Positions 53,701 through 62,700 of a stretch of DNA of 64,000 bases are shown in pieces (the stretch's first letter is position 1; each line of letters begins with the position of its first letter). Source of the DNA: an uncultured candidatus Porisulfidus sp. (GTDB taxonomy: Bacteria > Pseudomonadota > Gammaproteobacteria > Poriferisulfidales > Poriferisulfidaceae); contig OZ220480.1 in the NCBI GenBank assembly GCA_965116025.1, positions 64,001 through 128,000 on the forward strand. Direction: 5' to 3'. Made by a program: the position numbers and the translations under genes. The notes under the pieces are model-generated. The model ran no database searches and was not told where the DNA came from. It saw only the letters and a program-made list of their open reading frames with translations.

Positions 53701-56700
53701 TACGTCCCGGTCGCCCCCTCCGCCACCGACAGCGTCGCCGGCGACAGCGTCACCCCGGCCGTCTCGTCGTCGGCGACCGACACCGTCACCACGCCGCCCG
53801 CCGACACGCCGGCGTAGCCCGTCACCGGATGCGTCACCCGCACGGTCTCGTCCGTCGCGTCGGCGTCGCCCTCCGCGGTCACCGTCACCGTCCGCGCCGT
53901 CTCCCAGTTCGCCGTCGTGAACGTCAGCGTCGACGGGCTCACCGTCGCCGCCCCCTCGTCCGCGCTCGTCGGCGACACCGTCACGCTCCCCGAGGGCCGG
54001 CTGTCCAGCGCCACCGTGTACGTCCCGGTCGCCCCCTCCGCCACCGACAGCGTCGCCGGCGACAGCGTCACCCCGGCCGTCTCGTCGTCGGCGACCGACA
54101 CCGTCACCACGCCGCCCGCCGACACGCCGGCGTAGCCCGTCACCGGATGCGTCACCCGCACGGTCTCGTCCGTCGCGTCGGCGTCGCCCTCCGCGGTCAC
54201 CGTCACCGTCCGCGCCGTCTCCCAGTTCGCCGTCGTGAACGTCAGCGTCGACGGGCTCACCGTCGCCGCCCCCTCGTCCGCGCTCGTCGGCGACACCGTC
54301 ACGCTCCCCGAGGGCCGGCTGTCCAGCGCCACCGTGTACGTCCCGGTCGCCCCCTCCGCCACCGACAGCGTCGCCGGCGACAGCGTCACCCCGGCCGGCC
54401 GCGTCACCGTGATCGTCACGTCCTCCGTGTCCGTGTTGCCACTGCCATCGCTCGCCGTCACCGTCATCGTGTACGTGCCCACCGATGGAGGCATAAATGT
54501 CAACCGTGCCTGGCTCAGTGCCGTACCGTTAGGCAGGGCTGGCAATGTTTCATCGGATTTGCGCGTCCAAACATAGCTGACCGTGTCTCCATCCCCGTCC
54601 GTCGCCGATGCCGTGATGTCCACGGTCTCGCCAACATTCACTGTCTCGTCCTCGATATCCGCCAGCACGGGCGACTCGTCGTCGTCCGTGATCGTTACCG
54701 TGGTCGCGGCGTTGCCCAGCGCGAAACCCGCTGGCAACGTAGCGGCGGGGTTGATTGTCACCGTGAACGTCTCATCGTCCTCGTCCAAGTCGTCATTCGT
54801 GATCGGAATCTCAATGTCCTGCGTCGTATCCGCAGACGAGAACGCCACCGAGGTCACCGCATCATTGTCGTAGTCGCCATCCGACGGATCGGACGCTCCC
54901 GTCGCCGTGCCTCCGCTATAGCTCACATTGAACGTCACCGCCTCGCCGAAAGCCTCGGACGCCGTGATCGTCACCGTCGCGTTCGCGTCCGTCCCTTCGG
55001 TCACCGGTAGCGACGACGGCACCGACACCGTCTTCGTGTCATCGTTCAATGTGCCATCGGCCACGGCATCATCACCAACCACGTAATCAGCCGCGTCGTT
55101 CAGCGTGATCCGGTAGGTCTCCGGGCTCTCCACAATCCTGTCAAGGCTGGTCGGGATCGTCACTGTGCCCGTCAGGCTTGGATTCGTGCCGAACGCCACG
55201 TCGAAAGTCTGCGCCAAAGCCCCGGGGATATCATTCGTGTCGAAGCCACTGGAACCACGATCCGCCAACGTCAGGCTCACCGCTAAATCGCCCGTCAGCG
55301 CCCGGTCAGACGTGACCGTCAGGTTGATATCGGCCCCCTCGTCCACCACCGCTGGATTGGTCAGCAATTGCAACGTCGGCGTCAGGTCGGTCACCGTCAC
55401 GTCGACATCATCGATGTTGAGCGAGGGTCCGTAGTTGGCATCGTCGCTGGACGCGCCATGGGTCAGCGTCGCCGTGTCGTCGATCGCGTCCTCATCAGCG
55501 CCCGCGTTAACCGTCACCGCCTGCGCCGTGTCCCAGTTCGCCGTCGTGAACGTCAGCGCCGACGGGTCCACCGTCACCTCGCCCGAGGCGCCACCCACCG
55601 TCACCGTCACGCTCGCCGAAGGCTGTGTCGCCAGTTCCACCGCGTAGCTACCGCTCGCGCCCTCGACCACTTCCAACTCAGCTGGATACACTCTCACCTT
55701 AGCGCTATCGTCGTCGAGGATAGTAATTTTGATCGAGTCCGGGGCCCAGTCCGTCCCTCCACGCGCGTAATACGCATTCAGTTCGATCACCTCATCGCTC
55801 TCGCTCTTCTCGTCACCCACAATTTTCAAGGTGGCGGTGCCCCGTGTTTCCCCTATTGGTATTCGGACATGTGCCGGTGTCCCTTTGAAATCCTCACCAA
55901 CTTTCGCTGTGCTGACGCTTGTTTGGGAATACAGTACGCTAACCAGAAAACCTAGAAGTCGATTACGGTCAACATCGGGCGCCGGCTTACTGAGCGTGAC
56001 GGTGAGCGTGACTTCGGTCTCGCCGGAATCTCCCTCGGTGACCCTTGTCTCGCTGGCCGACAGCGTAATCGTGCCCTCCACCGGTATCTCCCTCACCTCA
56101 TCCGAAGCCGTACCATTACCCAAGGAATTCACCGCGCGGATACTGAAACCGTACGATGTCCCCAACTCCAAGTCTGTCACCGTGTGGCTCGTGGTCGCCG
56201 CGCCAGAACCGGTGATCCTAATCCAATCCCCCCATTTTCCTGCAGCACCAGCAAGCTTCCACTCTCTCTGCCGATACTCCCACCTAGTGATGCTGGAATC
56301 GTCTGGATTGTCCCATGCGAGCGTCACTTGATTGTCGCCCGCCGTAGTCGTCAGACCGGTTGGCTTCATGGGAACCGAAGTCGCCATCATCCCTTCATCA
56401 TCCGTGATCGTCACCGTGGTCGCGGCGTTGCCTAGCGCGAAACCCGCTGGCAACGTAGCGGCAGGATTGATCGTCACCGTGAACGTCTCATCGTTCTCGC
56501 CCAAGTCGTCGTCTGTAATCGGGATTGAGATGCTCTTCGTCGTATCGGTGAGCATGAACGCCACCGAGGTCACGGCGTCATTTTCATAGTCTCCATCCGA
56601 TGGATTGGGCGCCCCCGTCGCCGTGCCGTCGGCATACGAGACATCGAACGTCACCGCTACATCAAACGCCTTGGACACCGTGACCGTGACCGTCGCGCTC

Positions 56701-59700
56701 GCGTCCGTCCCTTCGGTCACCGATAGCGACGACGGCACCGACACCGTCTTCGTGTCATCGTTAAGCGTTCCGTCAGCCGTCTTGTCGGCACCCAACGCGT
56801 AGCCAGCCGCGTCTTTCAGCGTAATCCGGTAGGTCTCCACGCTCTCCACAATTCTGTCGACGCTAGTCGGGACCGTCACCGTGCCCGTCAGACTTGGAGT
56901 CGCGCCGAACGACGCGGTGAAAGTCTGCGCCAACGCGCCAGCGACATCGCTCGCGTCGAAGCCGCTGGAACCCCGATTCGCCAACGTCAGGCTCACCGGT
57001 AAATCGCCCGTCAGCGCTCGGTCAGACGTGACCGTCAGACTGATATCGGCCCCCTCGTCCACCGCCATCGGATCAGTTAGCAGCTGTAGCGTTGGCGTCG
57101 TGTCGGTCACCGTCACCATGACATCGTCGATGTCGAGCGAGGGTCCGTAGTTGGTATCGCCGCTGGACGCGCCGTGGGTCAGCGTCGCCGTGTCATCGGT
57201 CACGTCCTCGTCAGCGCCCGCGTTGACCTTCACCGCCTGGGCCGTCGCCCAGTTCGCCGTCGTGAACGTCAGAGCCGACGGGCTCACCATCACTTCGCCC
57301 GATGCGCCGCCCACCGTCACCGTCACGCCCACCGAAGGTCGGGTGTCCAGCTTCGCCGTGTACGTCCCGGTCGAGCCCTCCGCCACCGTCAGCGTCCCCG
57401 GCGACAGCGTCACCCCGGCCGTATCGTCGTCGTCGACCGACACCGTCACCGCGCCACCCGCCGTCACGCTCCCATAGCCCATCACCGGGTGCGTCACCTT
57501 CACGGTTTCGTCCGTCGCATCAACATCACTTTTAGCGGTCACCGTCACCGCCTGCGCCGTCTCCCAATTCGCCGTCGTGAAAGTCAGCATTGACGGGCTC
57601 ACCGTCGCCGTCCCCGCGTCCGCGCTCGTCGGCGACACCGTCACGCTCCCCGAAGGCCGGGTATCCAGCTTCACCGTGTACGTCCCGGTCGAGCCCTCCA
57701 CCACCGTCAACGCCGTCGGAGACAGCGTCACCCCAGCGGCCCGCGTCACCGTGACCGTCACGTCCTCGGTGTCCGCGTTGCCATTGCCGTCGCTCGCCGT
57801 CACCGTCATCGTGTACGTGCCCACCGATGTCGGCATGAACGTCAGCCGCGCCTGGTTCAGCACCGTGCCGTTCGGCAGGGCTGGCAACGTTTCACTAGAT
57901 TTACGCGTCCAAACATAGCTGACCGTGTCTCCATCCCCGTCCGTCGCCGATGCCGTGATGTCCACGGTCTCGCCAACCTTCACCGTCTCGTCCGCGACCT
58001 TCGTTAGCACCGGCGACTCGTCGTCGTCCGTGATCGTCACCGTGGTCGCGGCGTTGCCTAGCGCGAACCCCGCTGGCAACGTCGCGGAAGAACTGATCGT
58101 CACCGTGAACGTCTCATCGTCCTCGTCCAGATCGTCGTCCGTGATCGGAATCTCGATATCCCGCATCGTGTCCGTGTCCATGAATACCACCGAGGCCACC
58201 GCATTATTGTCGTAGTCACCATCCGATGGATTGGGCGCCCCCGTCGCCGTGCCCCCGCTATAGCTCACATTGAACGTCACCGCCGCGCCGAAAGCCCCGG
58301 ACGCCGTGACCGTCACCGTCGCGTCGCCCGCACCCTCCGCCACCGTCAGCGTCGACAGCACCGACACCGTCTTCGTGTCATCGTTAAGCGTGCCGTCGGC
58401 CATGGCATCGTCGCCCACCGCGTAGCCAGCCGCATCGTTCAACGTGATCCGGTAGGTCTCCGGGCTCTCAACAATCCTGTCGACGCTGGTCGGGATCGTC
58501 ACCGTGCCCATTTGGCTTGGAGTCGCGCCGAACGCCGCGTCAAGAGTCTGCGTCAGCGCCCCAGAGATATCGCTCGCGTCGAAACCACTGGAACCTCGGT
58601 CCGCCAACGTCAGGCTTACCTGCAACATTCCCGTCAATACCTTATCGGACGTGACCGTCAGGCTGATAGCAGTCCCCTCGGCCACCACCGCTGGATTGGT
58701 CAGCAACTGCAGCGTCGGCGTCGTGTCGGTCACCGTCACCATGACATCGTCAATGCTGAGCGAGGATCCGTAGTTGGTATCAACGCTAGACGCGCCGTGG
58801 GTCAGCGTCGCCGTATCGTCGGTCGCGTCCTCATCAGCGTCCGCGTTGACCGTCACCGTCTGCGCCGTAGCCCAGTTCACCGTCGTGAACGTCAGCATCG
58901 ACGGGCTCACCGTCACCTCGCCCGAAGCCCCACCCACCGTCACCGTCACGCTCTCCGAGGGCCGGCTGTCCAACTTCACCGTGTACGTCCCGGTCTCCCC
59001 CTCCTCCACCGTCAACGCGGTCGTCGACAGCGTCACCTTGGCGGCCCGCGTCACCGTAATCGTCACGTCCTCGGTGTCCGCGTTGCCATTGCCGTCGCTC
59101 GCCGTCACCGTCATCGTGTACGTGCCCACCGATGTCGGCGTGAACGTCAGCCGCGCTTGGTTCAGTGCCGTACCATTCGGCAGGGCCGGCGATATCTCAC
59201 TGGATTTACGAGTCCAAACATAGCTGACCGTGTCTCCATCCCCGTCCGTCGCCGATGCCGTGATGTCCACGGTCTCACCGACTTTCACCATCTCGTCCTC
59301 GATATCCGTCAGTATCGGCGACTCGTCGTCGTCCTCAATCGTGCCGGTCGCCGTCGCGTCCCCGATCACTACGCCGTCAGACGGATCCGACAGCGTCACC
59401 GTGAACGTCTCATTGAGCTCGTCGAGATCGTCGTCCACTACCGACACCGTGATCGTCGTGCTGGTCGAGCTCGCCGCGATGGATGCCGCTGTCGCCACCG
59501 TCACCGCCGTGAAATCGGCTCCCGCCGTCGCCGTATCGCCACTCGCCGCCGTCACCATGTACTTGAACGTCACCTCTTCCGAAGGCGCCGGATTCGCCGT
59601 GACCGTGAACGAGAACGTCCCGTCCTCCGCCACGCTCACGTCCGCGACGCTCAGCGAGACCGTGGACGATGCCTCCTCCGGCGTCGCCTTCACTGCCTCG

Positions 59701-62700
59701 GATTCCGCGCCATCGCCCGCGCCGTTCTTCGCCCGAATCTGGAAGCGATATTCCGAGCCGTTCTCCAATCTCATCACCACATGGCTCGTGGTCTCCGCGT
59801 CCGAACCATCAATGTCGGTCCAGTCCCCCCAGTCCTCGCCAACCTTGCCATGGCGCGACTGCCAGATCGTGATCGAGGCATCCTCTGGATCATCCCATCT
59901 CAGATTCACTTGGCCGTCGCCCGCCGTGGCGGCGAAATTGGTCGGCTTGCCCGGCTTCGCCAGCACCGTCACCGACACAGTTCCCGCGTCTGGAATGAAA
60001 TCCGCGCTCGCTCCGCTCAGCCGGTAAGAATGGTTGATAATCGCCGTCCCGACATCCACGCCTGTCACCGTCACCGTCTGCGCCGTAGCGTAGTTCGAGA
60101 CCGTGAACGCCAAAGAGCTCGGATCCACCGTCGCCTTCGCCGTGGTGGAGCTCGAGATCGACAGCGTCCCTGCCGCATAGGGCTTCATCAAGGCGACCGT
60201 GTAACTGGCGGTGGCGCCGGGCGCCACCGTCACTGGGGCACCGACGATCTTGAGCGCCTTGTTGAGCGGCTCGTCGCCATCCTCGAGCGTGATGCTCGCT
60301 ATGTTCGACCATGGGCCCCATACAACGGAGACGGAGGATGTCCCCGGCAGACCACCGCTCGCACGGATTTGGATCTCCACGACCCCACCATGCGGGATGA
60401 GGCGCGACAGATTCGTCTCGGCCGTTCGCGCGTCGCTATCGACATCGGTGAGAAGCTCAAGCTCCCAATTTTCTTCGTTTCCTCCTTTTGGTCGGTATCG
60501 AATTTGCCACCTGCCGAGGCGTGCCGCGTTCTCGACGATCGCGTGCGGGTCGCTGTCCATCACGCTCCAGTTCAACGTCACCGCGCCCTTGACCCCCACC
60601 GTGGCGGTCAGGGTTGGAGCGACCGGCATCTTCGGCGTCGCGCTAGCCGCGTCGGACTCCGCGCCGTCGCTCGCCAAATTCACCGCGCGAAGCTGGAACG
60701 TATAGGCCGTTCCGTTCGTAAGACCCGGCACGGCGTAGCTAGTGGTCGCCGCGACGGAGTTCGGGATGGGGGTCCATCCGCCATAGCTCCCGGTTCCGGC
60801 TTTCCGCCGATATTCCCAGCGCGTGATCGACGCGTCGTTCGGATTTCTCCACGTAAGCGTCACTTGCCCATTGCCCCCGGTGGCGGCGAAACTAACCGGC
60901 TTGCCTGGAGCGTTCGCGGGGGCTGGCGTCGGCGTCGCGTTGGCGGTATTCGATGGTTTGCTGTTACCGCCATCGTTCTGAGCGCGGATCTGAAACTGAT
61001 AATTGGAACCGCTCACCAGACCTGTCGTCACCGTGTAACTCATCGTGCTCGCGTCCGAGTTAGCGATGTCAGCCCAGCTTCCCCATCCCTCGCCAACCTT
61101 GCGGTAACGCAACTGCCAGCCCGTGATGCTATCGTCATCCGGATCGGCCCAAGACAGCGCCACGAACCCAGCGCTTCCCGTGGCCTGGAATTTCTTCGGT
61201 TTGGCAGGCGGCTCGGGGGCGGTCTCGTCCTCCGTCACCGACACCGTCACCGAATCCACGCTCACCGAGCCGTAACCCCCACCAGCCGCGTCGTGCGTCA
61301 GCGTCACGTCGGGGTCCGTGACCGCGTCGCGATCATGGTTCGCCATCACCGTCACCGCCTGCGCCGTCTCCCAGTTCGCCGTCGTGAACGTCAACGCTGA
61401 CGGGGCCACCGTCACGTCCCCTGACGCCCCGCCCACCGACACCGTCACGCTCGCTGTCGGCAAACTGTTCAGAACCACCGTGTACGTCTCGCTGCCGCCC
61501 TCCGCCACCGTCACCGCGGTCGTCGACAGCGTCACCCCGGCGGCCCGCGTCACCGTGATCGTCACGTCCTCGGTGTCCGCGTTGCCATTGCCGTCGCTCG
61601 CCGTCACCGTCATCGTGTACGTGCCTACCGATGTCGGCGTGAACATCAACCGCGCCACATCAAGCGCCGTGTTATCTGGAAACGCGGGCAATGACTCGCC
61701 GACCGCGCGCGTCCAGGCGTACGTGACGGTGTCTCCGTCTTCGTCCGTCGCCGATGCCGTGATGTCCACGGTCTCTCCCACTTGCACCGTCTCGTCCGCG
61801 ATCTCCACCAGCACTGGCGACTCGTCGTCGTCCGTGATCGTTACCGTGGTCGCGGAATTGCTCAGCCCAAAACCTGTCGGCAACGCGCTCCCTTGCGCCA
61901 GCGCGATCGCCACCGTGAAGGTCTCATCGTCCTCATCCAGGTCATCATTCGTGATCGGAATCTCGATGTCCCGCGTCGTGTCCGTGGACGAGAACGCCAG
62001 CGAGGTCACCACGTCATTGTCGTAGTCGCCACTTGATGGATCGGAAGCCCCCGTCGCCGTGCCTCCGCTATAGCTCACGCTGAACGTCACCGCCGCTCCA
62101 ACAGCCTCGGACGCCGTGATCGTCACCGTCGCGTCACCCACGCCCTCCGCCACCGTCAGCGTCGACGGTATCGACACCATCTTCGTGCCATCGTTAAGCG
62201 TGCCGTCGGCCATGGCATCGTCGCCCACCGCGTAGCCAGCCGCGTCGTTCAACGTGATCTGGTAGGTCTCTGCCTTCTCCACTTCTCCGTCCACATTGGT
62301 CGGGATCGTCACCGTGCCCGTTTGGCTTGGAGTCGCGCCGAATGCCGCGTCAAGAGTCTGCGTCAGCGCCCCAGAGATATCGCTCGCGTCGAAACCACTG
62401 GAACCTCGGTCCGCCAACGTCAGGCTTACCTGCAACATTCCCGTCAATACCTTATCGGACGTGACCGTCAGGCTGATAGCAGTCCCCTCGGCCACCGCCG
62501 CCGGGTTGGTCAGCAACTGCAGCGTCGGCGTCGTGTCGGTCACCGTCACATCGACATCGTCGATGCTGAGCGAGGATCCGTAGTTTGTATCATCGCTGGA
62601 CACGTTATGGGTTAGCGTCGCCGTATCGTCGGTCGCGTCCTCATCAGCGCCCACGTTGACCGTCACCGTCTGCGCCGTAGCCCAGCTCGCCGTCGTGAAC

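Noticed and set aside
46690-54397. Possible CRISPR array
   Set aside because: Units are 318 bp, contiguous, lack spacers and are in-frame coding; no cas genes are present.
46833-55010. 2725-aa Arg/His-rich + strand ORF, the 72-aa ORF series and ORF 58512-61400
   Set aside because: Antisense shadows of the GTG/ACG-rich adhesin repeats; no independent coding signal.
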